Source: Desulfurellales bacterium
Lineage (GTDB): Bacteria; Campylobacterota_A; Desulfurellia; Desulfurellales; Hippeaceae
Assembly: GCA_027008245.1 (NCBI GenBank)
Contig: JALTCA010000066.1
Coordinates: 18,688 to 82,687 of the forward strand
Direction: 5' to 3'
DNA length: 64,000 nucleotides
A program made the position numbers and the translations under genes. Shown here piece by piece: positions 1 to 10,900 of the stretch (the stretch's first letter is position 1; every line of letters starts with the position of its first letter). The notes beneath the pieces are model-generated. The model saw nothing but the letters and a program-made list of their open reading frames with translations, ran no database searches and was not told where the DNA came from.

Positions 1-341
1 ATAGCATCCGCACCTTCCTTTTCTGCTATCTCTATCATCTTTTTTGTAATCAGAGGTCTTCCTAAAGCCGTGGCAAGTGGATATTTGCCCTCATAGAGTG
101 CACCGAACTTAAAAGCCTTCATAACATAATCTTTTAAAAATTCTTCCCTTATGTCTTCCACATAAGCTTTAGTAGCACCAACCTTAAGAGCTTTCTCCTT
201 TATAGGCTCAAGCTCTTCATTTTGACCGAGGTCAGCAGTGTATGTAATGACCTCACATCCGTATTTATCCTGCAACCACTTAACAATAACCGATGTGTCC
301 AAACCTCCAGAATAAGCCAAAACTACCTTTTTTACACTCAT
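1..341 (-). CDS. argG: Argininosuccinate synthase (5' part; runs off the window start)
   Basis: Manual translation from ATG at 341 gives [17 protein letters not shown]...[12 protein letters not shown]; ATGA overlap with argF stop. Confidence 0.95.
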   Translation of the reverse strand, partial: MSVKKVVLAYSGGLDTSVIVKWLQDKYGCEVITYTADLGQNEELEPIKEKALKVGATKAYVEDIREEFLKDYVMKAFKFGALYEGKYPLATALGRPLITKKMIEIAEKEGADA

Positions 342-1270
342 AATCTATCCCTCCCTATTAATTTCATAATTACCGCAAGTTGTGCATACATCCTATTCTC
401 AGCCTCATCCCACACAACGGAGTGTTCTGAGTCAATCACGTCAGCAGTCACCTCTTCCCCTCTATGGGCAGGCAAGCAGTGCATGAAAATAAAACTACTT
501 TTTGCGTACTTTACCAATTCTTCATTAATCTGATATGGTCTTAACAACGCATGCTTCTTCTCTCTCTGTTCCTCTTGACCCATAGATGCCCAAACGTCTG
601 TGTATATAACATCTGCACCCCCGACAGCCTCAACAGGGTCTTCTGTAACTATAATATTAGCACCACTTTTTTTTGCCAAATCCTTAGCTCTATTTAAAAT
701 AAATCCATTAACAGCACAATCCTTTGGCGTTGCAATGCTTAAATCAAATCCCATAACACCTGCGGCGATAAGCCAAGAGTTTGCCATATTGTTTCCGTCT
801 CCAACATATGCTACCTTAATACTGTCAACACTACCCAATTTTTCTCCAATAGTAAACAAATCGGCTAAAACTTGACATGGATGCAAGAGATCTGTCAACG
901 CATTTATTACAGGAACAGACGAATGCTTAGCAAACAATTCGAGCCTTGAGTGCTCAAAAGTTCTAATCATTATAACATCCACATAACGTGATATAACGCG
1001 CGCTGTATCCTCAATGGTCTCACCTCTCCCAAGTTGTATATCACGAGTGGATAAAAATACAGCATCGCCGCCTAAACGTTTCATACCTACTTCGAATGAC
1101 AGCCTCGTCCTTGTAGATGACTTTTCAAATATCATGCCCAAAATAACGCCTTTTAAAGGTTTATATTCTGCTCCACTTTTAATTTGCTCTTTTATTTTTC
1201 TGGATAAATCAAGCAAATAAACAATATCATCCTTTGTCAAATCTGCCAAAGTCAAACAGTGATTAACCAT
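338..1270 (-). CDS. argF: Ornithine carbamoyltransferase
   Basis: STRTR, HPCQ, SMG and HCLP motifs; adjacent to argG. Confidence 0.97.
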   Translation of the reverse strand: MVNHCLTLADLTKDDIVYLLDLSRKIKEQIKSGAEYKPLKGVILGMIFEKSSTRTRLSFEVGMKRLGGDAVFLSTRDIQLGRGETIEDTARVISRYVDVIMIRTFEHSRLELFAKHSSVPVINALTDLLHPCQVLADLFTIGEKLGSVDSIKVAYVGDGNNMANSWLIAAGVMGFDLSIATPKDCAVNGFILNRAKDLAKKSGANIIVTEDPVEAVGGADVIYTDVWASMGQEEQREKKHALLRPYQINEELVKYAKSSFIFMHCLPAHRGEEVTADVIDSEHSVVWDEAENRMYAQLAVIMKLIGRDRL

Positions 1271-1279
1271 AGTCCCCCC

Positions 1280-2014
1280 TTATACAACAACACACATTTT
1301 CTTTGTAGCAGGTTTCAATTTTCTCGTTCCGCCAGCCTCACTCACGACCCTTTTTGCAACCTCAATATCTGTTACAACGCTACCGCATAAGTAAGTGGCT
1401 TTGCCTTCAAAAATCCTCTTATCCATCGGAGTCGATGGGCCAACAATGGCAATAACCCTCGCATTCTTAGCAAGTTCAAGTAAGCTATCAATCGTTTTGT
1501 TGATAACAGACGTTGCCGTAATCAAAGCAACATTGGCTTTTTCAAGCTCAAAGTAAGCTGCATAGTCGGGCAATGCTTCATCTCTCAAACTCCGCTCACA
1601 TATTTTAAAGTTCTTTGTTTTTCTCTTTATTGGCTCAATTAAAGGAGAAAAATAACCAATCATGACAACATTGTCCTCAGGCTTTATCAAACTCACAACG
1701 TCTATATCCTTCTCATCGACACCACTGTTCAAAATTGCGTTTGCGCATGCCAAAGCCAAAGCAGAATCAAGCAGATTGTACGAAAAGATTTTTTCTATAA
1801 GAAATGACGCCTTTTTACCAACCAAAGAACCTGCTTCCTCTAAAACTGTACACGTTTTTATATCCAATTCCTTCACAAAGCTGTAAGACAATCCACAAAA
1901 TCCATTCTCAAGCTCAACCAACGTATATCCCAAACCAATCCTTACATCCCTAATCCTTAAATCTTTAGCTTTTTCTATGGAGAACTCATAAATTGCTTCA
2001 TGTATATACATCAA
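1280..2014 (-). CDS. DUF364/DUF4213 Rossmann-like domain protein
   Basis: 244 aa; VVMIGYFSP, ITATSVINKT, IVGPSTP motifs typical of the DUF364 family. Confidence 0.75.
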   Translation of the reverse strand: MMYIHEAIYEFSIEKAKDLRIRDVRIGLGYTLVELENGFCGLSYSFVKELDIKTCTVLEEAGSLVGKKASFLIEKIFSYNLLDSALALACANAILNSGVDEKDIDVVSLIKPEDNVVMIGYFSPLIEPIKRKTKNFKICERSLRDEALPDYAAYFELEKANVALITATSVINKTIDSLLELAKNARVIAIVGPSTPMDKRIFEGKATYLCGSVVTDIEVAKRVVSEAGGTRKLKPATKKMCVVV

Positions 2015-2334
2015 AGAAACTCCAAAACCCTATTCAATTTTTCCTCTACCTCGTCCATAGAAAAAACCCTGATAAACCTATAAACCTCTTTGCCCTCTAA
2101 AAATATACAAACTACCGGCACATTAAAAATGGAAAGTTCACCCGATAGCTCTTTCACATCATCAAGATAGATATTAGCTGTACTTACAAAGCCATCAAAT
2201 CTATTCATTATTTTCTCTTTCACGGGTTTACACGTTGCACAATCGTGGGTAGAGAACACGACCAAAACCGGTTTATCTGATGAAACAAAATTAAAAAAAT
2301 CTTCTTTAGACTTTAATTCAACCACTTGCTCCAC
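2011..2334 (-). CDS. Thioredoxin-family protein
   Basis: 107 aa, CATC (CxxC) motif and FNVP cis-Pro loop. Confidence 0.85.
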   Translation of the reverse strand: MEQVVELKSKEDFFNFVSSDKPVLVVFSTHDCATCKPVKEKIMNRFDGFVSTANIYLDDVKELSGELSIFNVPVVCIFLEGKEVYRFIRVFSMDEVEEKLNRVLEFL

Positions 2335-2387
2335 CTTAATATCAGTTGCCTACATTTTCTATAAGTTCTATGCAAAGTCAAGAAAAA

Positions 2388-2936
2388 CTAAAACGTTGGC
2401 GGATGATTAACCCAGATAACCTCTGTTTGGCCGTTGTATGGGTTGCGCCACCTATGAGGTAAATTTGAATTGTAAACAGCAGAATCCCCTTCATCTAAAA
2501 GATAAGTTTTACCCCCAACTTCCACCTCCAATTTACCCTTAAGTACAATAACAAGCTCTTCACCCGTATGGGAATGTGGAGTTGGGCCACTTGACGCCCC
2601 AGGTTCCAAGTACATATACAACGCTTCGATTGAGGTATCTGAAAATTGAGGTCTTAGCAGCTCATATCTTACCTTTGACCTTTTGTTTTCAAACTTTCCA
2701 CGATTAGCTCTTCTAACAACAATAGAATCTATAGGGGGCTCCCTTTCTTCAAACAAAGAGATAATGTTTATATCCAAAGCATCTGCAATGCGCCTCAAGC
2801 TTGAAATTGTTGGGGATACAAGGTCACGTTCAACCTGAGATAAAAAACCCAAGGAACACCCTGACCTTTTACTTAAATCTCTCAAGGTCATATTTTTGCG
2901 TAGCCTAATCTCTCTAATCTTACCACCTATTTTCAT
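2388..2936 (-). CDS. XRE-family transcriptional regulator with C-terminal cupin domain
   Basis: N-terminal HTH (LSQVERDLVSPTISSLRRIA) plus cupin HSHTGEE...PHRW. Confidence 0.92.
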   Translation of the reverse strand: MKIGGKIREIRLRKNMTLRDLSKRSGCSLGFLSQVERDLVSPTISSLRRIADALDINIISLFEEREPPIDSIVVRRANRGKFENKRSKVRYELLRPQFSDTSIEALYMYLEPGASSGPTPHSHTGEELVIVLKGKLEVEVGGKTYLLDEGDSAVYNSNLPHRWRNPYNGQTEVIWVNHPPTF

Positions 2937-2944
2937 AGCTTCGA

Positions 2945-2973
2945 AATATAGAACAAATAGGACTAAAAGTCAA
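2945..2973 (-). promoter_or_regulatory. Sigma70-type promoter of the XRE-cupin gene
   Basis: TTGACT-N17-TATATT ending 8 nt before the ATG. Confidence 0.6.
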
Positions 2974-2979
2974 TAAAAA

Positions 2980-3681
2980 TTAGTCTTCGCCTAAGTATCT
3001 CTTTCTTACTTCGTCGTTTTCAAGTAGGCCTTTTGCTTCGCCTTCAAGCGTTATTGCTCCGTTTTCTAGAACATATCCGTAATCAGCCAGCTTTAATGCC
3101 TGAGCAGCATTCTGCTCAACCAACAATATAGTTTTCCCCTGCTTGTTTAGCTCATTCAAAATATCAAAAACCTCAGACACAATTATAGGTGCTAAACCCA
3201 AACTCGGCTCATCAAGCATTAGTAGGTCTGGTTCACTCATTAATGCCCTTGCAATTGCCAACATCTGTTGTTCACCACCAGACAAAGTCCCAGCTTTTTG
3301 GTAAGCTCTCTCTTTCAAAATAGGGAAAAGCTCAAACATCTTTTCATACAATGGCTCTAACTCATTAATCTTCTTGTTAAATCCACCCATTCTTAAATTT
3401 TCGAGTACGGTAAGATTAACAAACACTCTTCTACCTTCGGGTACAAGCGCTACACCAAGTTTAGAAATTTCATGAGCAGGGTGTCTAATTATCTCCTTAT
3501 CACTAAACAGTATGCTTCCTTTGGGCTTAACTAAGCCAGCAATAGCTTTCAGTGTGGACGATTTACCTGCTCCATTCGCTCCTATCAAAGTGACAATCTT
3601 GCCATTTGGAACATTAAAACTAATTCCTTTTACAGCGTGTATCACTCCATAAAATACATTTAAATCTTTTACCTTAAGCAT
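2980..3681 (-). CDS. livF: Branched-chain amino acid ABC transporter ATP-binding protein
   Basis: GANGAGKS, VPEGRR, LSGGEQQM motifs. Confidence 0.93.
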   Translation of the reverse strand: MLKVKDLNVFYGVIHAVKGISFNVPNGKIVTLIGANGAGKSSTLKAIAGLVKPKGSILFSDKEIIRHPAHEISKLGVALVPEGRRVFVNLTVLENLRMGGFNKKINELEPLYEKMFELFPILKERAYQKAGTLSGGEQQMLAIARALMSEPDLLMLDEPSLGLAPIIVSEVFDILNELNKQGKTILLVEQNAAQALKLADYGYVLENGAITLEGEAKGLLENDEVRKRYLGED

Positions 3682-4447
3682 TGATATCTCCCAGATATGC
3701 CTTTATTACATCAGGATTTGTTCTTATCTCTTCTGGCTTACCCTCGGCTATTTTGACACCATGGTCCAAGACAGCAATTGTCTCACATAAGTTCATAACA
3801 AACTTCATGTCATGTTCAATCAAAAATACAGTTAAATTAAACTTATCTTTAATTTCCCGTATAAAATACATCAAATCAAGCGTTTCTTGCGGGTTCATTC
3901 CTGCTGCTGGCTCATCTAAGAGTAACAATTTAGGACCCGTTGCTAAAGCACGTGCAATTTCTACCTTTCTTCTTTCACCATACGGTAGCTCACTTGCTTT
4001 GAAATCAGCCTTATCAGCAAGCCTAACACTCTCAAGCAAAGCCATACCAGCTTCTTTCATCTCGTTCTCGTATTTATAGAACTTTGGTGTTCTTAAAATT
4101 GCATCTATAAGATTGTATTTTAGCTTGTGGTGAAAACCTGTTAAAACATTACCCAAAACAGATAGATTAGAAAAGAGCCTAATATTTTGGAAAGTTCTTG
4201 CCATGCCCAAGGACACTATCTTATAAGGTTTTAAACCCGTAATATCTTGGCCGTAGAAATGGATTTTTCCCTCTGTAGGGGTCAAGTTCCCCGTAATCAT
4301 GTTAAAAGCCGTTGTTTTACCTGCCCCATTCGGTCCAATGAGACCAAAAATCATGTGCTCCTTAATTTCTATAGAAAAATCCCTAACGGCGGTTAAACCA
4401 CCAAATCTCATGGTCAACCTATCACATTTTAGAATTATTTCACTCAT
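3674..4447 (-). CDS. livG: Branched-chain amino acid ABC transporter ATP-binding protein
   Basis: GPNGAGKT, RTFQNIRLF, LPYGERR, EHDM, AYLG. Confidence 0.93.
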   Translation of the reverse strand: MSEIILKCDRLTMRFGGLTAVRDFSIEIKEHMIFGLIGPNGAGKTTAFNMITGNLTPTEGKIHFYGQDITGLKPYKIVSLGMARTFQNIRLFSNLSVLGNVLTGFHHKLKYNLIDAILRTPKFYKYENEMKEAGMALLESVRLADKADFKASELPYGERRKVEIARALATGPKLLLLDEPAAGMNPQETLDLMYFIREIKDKFNLTVFLIEHDMKFVMNLCETIAVLDHGVKIAEGKPEEIRTNPDVIKAYLGDINA

Positions 4448-4453
4448 GGCAAC

Positions 4454-5491
4454 TTAAGCTCTCTTTCCTTTGATTTTATTAAATACCCAATCCCAGGAAA
4501 ATTCCTTCTGGCCCATTATTCCTTCTCTTGCAAATATCATTATAATAATTAACAAAATGGAAAACACCACCATCCTCATTCCAGGAATTCCAGGTATTTG
4601 CAATCCAAATATATTCATTGGTTGCTCGACAAATCTAAGAAGCTCGCTACCCCAGACAACGACCACTGTAGCTAAAGCCGTCCCTGTCATGCTACCCAAT
4701 CCACCGACAACGATAATAATTAAGAGTTCAAAAGTAAGGAAAAATGTGAAAACTGTTGGAGAAATAATTGTGATTAAGCTAGCCAACAGTCCACCGCCAA
4801 CACCTTCAAAAAAGGCTGCGGTTACGAACGCTATCTGTTTTATCCATAGAGTATTGATACCCATAGCAATGGCTGCATCCTCATCATCTCTGACCGCCTT
4901 CATTGCACGCCCAAACGCAGAATCCACAATTCTCATTATCACAATCATGGCAATTACAGCCCATATTGCGCACCACCATATATTTGTATAGGTTGGCAAA
5001 CCTTTAAGGCCCAATGAACCATTGGTTATTGTAATTGTATTGTTTGAAACAACCCTAATCGTGAGACCGAAACCCAACGTAACGATGGCAAGGTAATCTC
5101 CTCTAACCCTAAACACAGGAAATCCAAGCAAAAACCCTACAATGGCAGTTACAATGCCACCAATTATCAATGCAGGCAAAAACGACATATGTAGATTGGC
5201 AAGCCAAGGAACCATTGGCTCAATAATAAACATAGATTCTTTTTGTGCAGGCGTTAGGATTAGTATTGCCGTAACATATGCCCCTATAGCCACAAATCCA
5301 TTTGGCTCCAAAGAAAATTGCCCAGTAACACCGTTTATCAAGTTGTATCCTGCAGAGAGCATTAAAAATATTAATGTATCTTCCCACACCCTTACTGCAT
5401 AAGCCGTTAAATGGTTATTCCCCCACCACACAAACAGGAAAAAAACCAATATAGCCAGTATCGTTAAAATATTGTTTCTATCTATCTTCAT
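4454..5491 (-). CDS. livM: Branched-chain amino acid ABC transporter permease
   Basis: RGDYLAIVTLGF and GRAMKAVRDDE motifs; multiple TM helices. Confidence 0.92.
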   Translation of the reverse strand: MKIDRNNILTILAILVFFLFVWWGNNHLTAYAVRVWEDTLIFLMLSAGYNLINGVTGQFSLEPNGFVAIGAYVTAILILTPAQKESMFIIEPMVPWLANLHMSFLPALIIGGIVTAIVGFLLGFPVFRVRGDYLAIVTLGFGLTIRVVSNNTITITNGSLGLKGLPTYTNIWWCAIWAVIAMIVIMRIVDSAFGRAMKAVRDDEDAAIAMGINTLWIKQIAFVTAAFFEGVGGGLLASLITIISPTVFTFFLTFELLIIIVVGGLGSMTGTALATVVVVWGSELLRFVEQPMNIFGLQIPGIPGMRMVVFSILLIIIMIFAREGIMGQKEFSWDWVFNKIKGKRA

Positions 5492-5494
5492 GGC

Positions 5495-6391
5495 TTAGAA
5501 ACGCCCCCTCTCTAAGTCTTCGCCTAAAATGCCAGTTGGTTTAAACAAGAGAACAAAGATTAAAAACAAGAAGGCAAAAGCATCTTTATATCCCGCAAGG
5601 GCAGGAAATAATGCTACAACCAAAATTTCTGTAACGCCTATTATAAAACCTCCCAAAGCTGCACCAGTAACAGAACCTATACCACCCAAAACGGCTGCTG
5701 CGAATGCTTTAAGCCCTGGCATAATACCGATTAGAGGGTTGATAGCTGGATATCTCATAGCCCAGAAAATTCCACCCAAAGCAGCCAAAAAAGAACCTAA
5801 AGCAAAAACTAAAGATATTACTAAGTCAACATTAATACCCATAATTCTAACCGTATCAATATCAAAAGACAAAGCCCTCATAGCCATTCCGTATTTAGTC
5901 TTGTGCAAAATAAATAGCAGTATCAAGAGAAACGTTATGGCGACTATTGGTGTGATGATAGCGATATTTGGGAATATAACACCGTGTACATTTATTGCAC
6001 CTCCAAATATATCAGGAACAGGAAAAGCCTTTGGGACGCCACCATAAATTACAAGGAATGAATTTTCTAAGAAAAAGGATACACCAATCGCTGTAATAAG
6101 GGCAGATATTCTACTGGCATTTCTCAAAGGCTTATAGGCAACCCTATCAACGATTACGCCTACTAAAGCACTGGCAAGCATAGATAGCAGGAATGCAGCC
6201 CACCAGGGTAAAAAGAGCATTGCAATACCCGTAAAAGCGAAATACATTCCTACCATCATGATGTCACCATGAGCAAAGTTGATAAGTCTAATAACACCAT
6301 AAACCATTGTGTATCCAATAGCCACAAGACCATACAAACTGCCAAGCGATATACCGTTAACCAACTGTTGTAAAATAATCGTTAGATTCAT
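5495..6391 (-). CDS. livH: Branched-chain amino acid ABC transporter permease
   Basis: QQLVNG...AIGYTMVYG...INFAHG signature. Confidence 0.93.
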   Translation of the reverse strand: MNLTIILQQLVNGISLGSLYGLVAIGYTMVYGVIRLINFAHGDIMMVGMYFAFTGIAMLFLPWWAAFLLSMLASALVGVIVDRVAYKPLRNASRISALITAIGVSFFLENSFLVIYGGVPKAFPVPDIFGGAINVHGVIFPNIAIITPIVAITFLLILLFILHKTKYGMAMRALSFDIDTVRIMGINVDLVISLVFALGSFLAALGGIFWAMRYPAINPLIGIMPGLKAFAAAVLGGIGSVTGAALGGFIIGVTEILVVALFPALAGYKDAFAFLFLIFVLLFKPTGILGEDLERGRF

Positions 6392-6414
6392 TTTACCCCA
6401 CCAATAAAATTTTT

Positions 6415-6440
6415 AAGGGGGGCTTTTAAAGCCCCTCCTT
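6415..6440 (-). other. Intercistronic stem-loop between livJ/K and livH (mRNA stabiliser or partial terminator)
   Basis: AAGGGGGGCTT-TTA-AAGCCCCTCCTT inverted repeat; U-tract is on the + strand, not on the sense strand. Confidence 0.55.
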
Positions 6441-6451
6441 TTTTTGTTTTT

Positions 6452-7585
6452 TTAAGGATTAACCGTTGTTACGTATACAAACTTACCGTCTTTAACTTTC
6501 CTGATAACAGCGCTCTTGATAGCGTTTCCAGTTTTTGGATTAATCGTGATAACGCCTGTTACGCCTTTGAAGCCTTTTGTGTGTCTTATGTAATAATTAA
6601 TCTTCTTAGATGTTGCTTTGCAGCCACCAGCTTCGTTTATAGCATTTACTAAAATAAAGTATGCATCAGCACCAAGTGCTGCCATTGCATCGGGAGGAGT
6701 GTTGTATTTTTTCTTGAAAGCTTTGACAAATTTCACTGTTAAAGGCGTAGCTGCTGCGTGAGGGTCAAAATGTGTTGTAAATGTTAAACCATTAACGGCT
6801 TTTCCACCGATTTTAATTAATGCTTCAGCTTCAGCGCCGTCACCTGCCATAATTGGTTGATTTAAACCGTACTGTCTGGCTTGGCGCGAAAACAGAGCCA
6901 ACTCTTGATAATAAGATGGCATATAAATCACATCTGGATTCTTGGACTTTATGTCAGAAATTTGTGCAGAATAGTCCTGATCTGTAGACTGGAAAAACTC
7001 TACAGCAACAACTTTGCCACCCAATTTCTTATATGCATCCATGAATGCATGAGCCAAACCAACTGAATAATCTTGGTCTCTTTCAATCATGACAGCTGCT
7101 GTTTTTGCATGGAGATTATTCCAAATGTATTTTGCAGCAACTTTACCCTGGAATGGGTCGATAAAACAAGCCCTTGAAATGTACTCCTTACCCTTTGTCA
7201 CAAGTGGGTTTGTTGCAGAAGATGTAATCATAGGGATGTGGTTTTTTTCTGCAATTGGCGCACCTGCCATTGTATCAGAGCTTGTAATAGCTCCGATAAT
7301 GGCTTTTACATGGTTGTCTGTGATGAGCTTACTTACTGCATTTGCTGTTTCAAGTTTCATACCCTTATTGTCCAACAGAATGAGTTTAATTTTGCAACCG
7401 TCTTTCGTTGCAGGTTTCATAGAGTGGGCTAACTGGGCACCCTTCCAAGCACTTTGACCAAATGCTGCAACAAGACCTGTCATAGGCCAAACTACACCAA
7501 CCTTAATCTCCTTAGCAAAGCTTGCACTTGCCAAGAAGGTCAAGGCCACTAACACCGCTACTAGCGAGCTTAACAATCGCTTCAT
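6452..7585 (-). CDS. livJ: Branched-chain amino acid ABC transporter substrate-binding protein (LivJ/LivK family)
   Basis: Signal peptide, SATNPLVT, RACFIDPFQG, GVTG motifs; AGGAGG RBS. Confidence 0.9.
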   Translation of the reverse strand: MKRLLSSLVAVLVALTFLASASFAKEIKVGVVWPMTGLVAAFGQSAWKGAQLAHSMKPATKDGCKIKLILLDNKGMKLETANAVSKLITDNHVKAIIGAITSSDTMAGAPIAEKNHIPMITSSATNPLVTKGKEYISRACFIDPFQGKVAAKYIWNNLHAKTAAVMIERDQDYSVGLAHAFMDAYKKLGGKVVAVEFFQSTDQDYSAQISDIKSKNPDVIYMPSYYQELALFSRQARQYGLNQPIMAGDGAEAEALIKIGGKAVNGLTFTTHFDPHAAATPLTVKFVKAFKKKYNTPPDAMAALGADAYFILVNAINEAGGCKATSKKINYYIRHTKGFKGVTGVITINPKTGNAIKSAVIRKVKDGKFVYVTTVNP

Positions 7586-7615
7586 AGCTCACCTCCTTAA
7601 TAATTTGTTAATAAG

Positions 7616-7644
7616 TTTATAGAGTATGAAAAAAAGCTTGTCAA
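7616..7644 (-). promoter_or_regulatory. Sigma70-type promoter of the liv operon
   Basis: TTGACA-N17-TATAAA about 30 nt upstream of the start codon. Confidence 0.7.
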
Positions 7645-7920
7645 GATAATAATTTTTGTTTTTTAGTTTTATATTGTGAAAATACTAAAAAATGTTTGAC
7701 ATCTAAAACAAAAAGCATCTTTACAAAATAGAGGCTCTAACAACCAATTATGAAATTCTTAATTTATCTTAGTGAACATTGTAAAATTTAGTATAAATTT
7801 TTTTATCTTATTGACACTTGTTAAATATCGAGTGCAATTATTGAAACAATAGCGATATTGACGATGCAGTGCTTATTTGATATAAAGTGAAAAATTGCAA
7901 ATAAAAAAAGGGGGGGTTGG

Positions 7921-10900
7921 ATGAAAATCAAAAAAATACTCTGCGCCAACAGGGGTGAAATAGCTATCAGAGTTTTTAGGGCAGCAACCGAATTGGGCAT
8001 AGGAACTGTAGCTATTTACTCAAAAGAAGATAAATATTCCCTACATAGATACAAAGCAGATGAAGCATATCGCGTAGGAAAAGGATTAGGTCCTGTTGAA
8101 GCCTACCTTAATGTAGATGAAATTATAGATGTTGCTTTAAGACACAATGTCGATGCTATACATCCAGGCTACGGATTCTTATCCGAATCTGCTGAGTTTG
8201 CCCAAAAATGTGCCGATGCAGGATTAATATTCATAGGGCCAAAGCCAGAGGTTATTAGGTTGTTCGGAGATAAATTATTATCAAAGCAGTTGGCTAAAAG
8301 ATGCGGCGTTCCAGTCATAGGAGGCTCAGACGGCAACGTCAACTCACCCCAAGAAGTAAAACAGATAGCAAAAGAAATCGGCTATCCAATAATGATGAAA
8401 GCAACCGCCGGAGGAGGCGGCAGAGGCATAAGAATTGCTTACAACGACAAAGATGTTGACGATAACTTCGATAGTTTGAGGCGTGAGGCAAAAAAAGCCT
8501 TTGGCAAAGACGATGTTTTAGTCGAAAAATACCTACCATCCCCCAAGCACATAGAAATTCAAATATTGGCCGACAATCATGGAAATATAGTGCACATGTA
8601 CGAGAGAAACTGTTCAATCCAGAGAAGACATCAAAAGATGATAGAGATAGCTCCTTCTCCAAATCTGCAATTAAACATTTTAGAAGATCTATACGATGCA
8701 GCTTTAAGAATAGGTTATGAATCAGGCATTACATCTGCAGCAACGGTTGAGTTTTTGGTTGATGGTAATGATTTTTATTTTTTGGAAGTAAACCCAAGAA
8801 TACAGGTTGAGCATACAATAACAGAGCTAATCACAGGAATTGACTTAGTTCAGTCTCAAATCTTGATAGCAGAAGGAAAAAAATTTACGGACGAACAGAT
8901 AGGCATATATTCACAAAGCAGCATAAGAAAAGAGGGATATGCAGTTCAATGCAGAATAACCACAGAAGACCCAGAAAATAACTTTATGCCGGATACAGGC
9001 GAGATACAAGCGTACAGAAGCCCTGCTGGATTTGGTGTCAGATTGGATGCTGGCAGTGCATACGCCGGCGCAAGAATCTCCCCCTATTATGATTCACTGT
9101 TGGTTAAAGTCTCCACATGGGCATTAACTTTTGATAAAGCCGTTAAAAAAATGCAAAGGGTTTTAAGAGAGTTTAGGATAAGAGGCGTCAAAACAAATAT
9201 ACAATTTTTAGAAAACGTTGTTGAACACCCAAAATTTATAAGAGGAGACTTTGATACAAACTTTATAGACACAACAAAAGAGCTTTACAAAATCCCAAAA
9301 AGAAGAGACAGAGGAACAAAGGTCTTAAAGTTCTTGGCAAACAACATAGTAAACAATCCATCTAACTCAAACATAAATACCAAAACCTTGCCTAAAATCC
9401 CTGCATATAGGGAAAAATTTGGCTCAAAAATTCCAAAAGGCTGGAAGGATATATTAAACAAAGAAGGTGTTAGTGGTATACTAAAGAGAATTAATGAATC
9501 AAAAGAGGTATTAATAACAGACACAACGTTCAGAGACGCCCACCAGTCGTTGCTTGCTACAAGGTTAAGAACCCTAGACATGTTAAATATTGCAGATTTA
9601 TATGCCTACCATTTGAACAATATATTCTCACTTGAGATGTGGGGAGGTGCAACGTTCGACGTGGCTTACAGATTTTTAAAAGAGTCGCCGTGGGATAGGC
9701 TAAATAAATTAAGACAAAAAATACCAAACATCCTATTTCAGATGCTTTTTAGGGCATCAAATGCTGTTGGTTATACAAATTATCCAGATAACGTAGTCAA
9801 AGAATTCATAAAGGAATCCGCAAAAAATGGTATAGATGTGTTTAGAATTTTCGACTGTTTCAATTGGATCGAGCAATTAAAACCAGCAATGGAAGAGGTC
9901 AAAAATCAGGGTAAAATTTGCGAAGCAGCCATTAGCTATACAGGCGATATATTGGATAAAAACAGAAAGAAATATACGCTCGATTACTACGTTAAATTAG
10001 CAAGAGAGCTAAAAGAGGCCGGAGCAGACATCATTGCTATCAAAGATATGGCTGGGCTTGTAAAACCATACGCAGCTAAGGTATTAGTCAAGGCAATAAA
10101 AGAAGAAACAAACCTGCCAATACATTTTCATACACACGACACAAGCGGAAATGGTGAAGCAACAGTTTTAATGGCAATTGAAGCAGGAGCAGACATTGTA
10201 GATTTGGCTATGAGTTCCATGTCTGGCCTAACAAGCCAACCTAGTCTCAATTCTATAGTAGCAGCACTCAAGCATACAGATAAAGCGTCAAGTATAAATT
10301 TAGAAAAAGCCCAAGAGGTTGCCAACTATTTCGAAAAGATAAGAAAATACTATGTTTGTTGTGAAACAGGACTTAACGCTCCAACAGCAGAAGTTTACGA
10401 GCATGAAATACCAGGCGGCCAGTATTCAAACTTAGTAGTTCAGGTAGAAAGCTTAGGATTAATAGATAAGTGGGAAAAAATCAAAAAGATGTACAAAAAG
10501 GTAAATGACCTTTTTGGCGACATAATAAAGGTTACCCCATCATCCAAAGTGGTCGGTGATTTGGCTTTATTCTTAGTTCAAAATGACTTGGAGCCAGAGG
10601 ATTTATATACAAAAGGAGTATCCTTATCCTTCCCTGATTCCGTTGTCAGCTTCTTTAAAGGCATGATAGGACAACCGTATGGAGGATTCAATGAAAAGCT
10701 TGCAGAAATCGTGTTAAAGGGCGAAAAACCAATAAAAGACAGACCAGGGAAACTTTTACCGCCGTTCGACTTTGACAAAGCGGACAAGGAGCTGCAAGAG
10801 CTCTTTAAACGCAAATTTAGCAAAAATGAAATCCTATCCTACGCTTTATACCCAAAAGTGTTTATAGATTATGTACACTTTGTAAACGAATACGGTGACG

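Noticed and set aside
7811-7838. CIRCE-like inverted repeat TTGACACTT-N10-GAGTGCAAT upstream of pyc
   Set aside because: Spacer is 10 rather than 9 nt and both arms have several mismatches; the left arm is better explained as a -35 hexamer
7903-7916. A7-G7 homopolymer before pyc as a phase-variation tract
   Set aside because: Short, non-coding and simply serves as the ribosome-binding site
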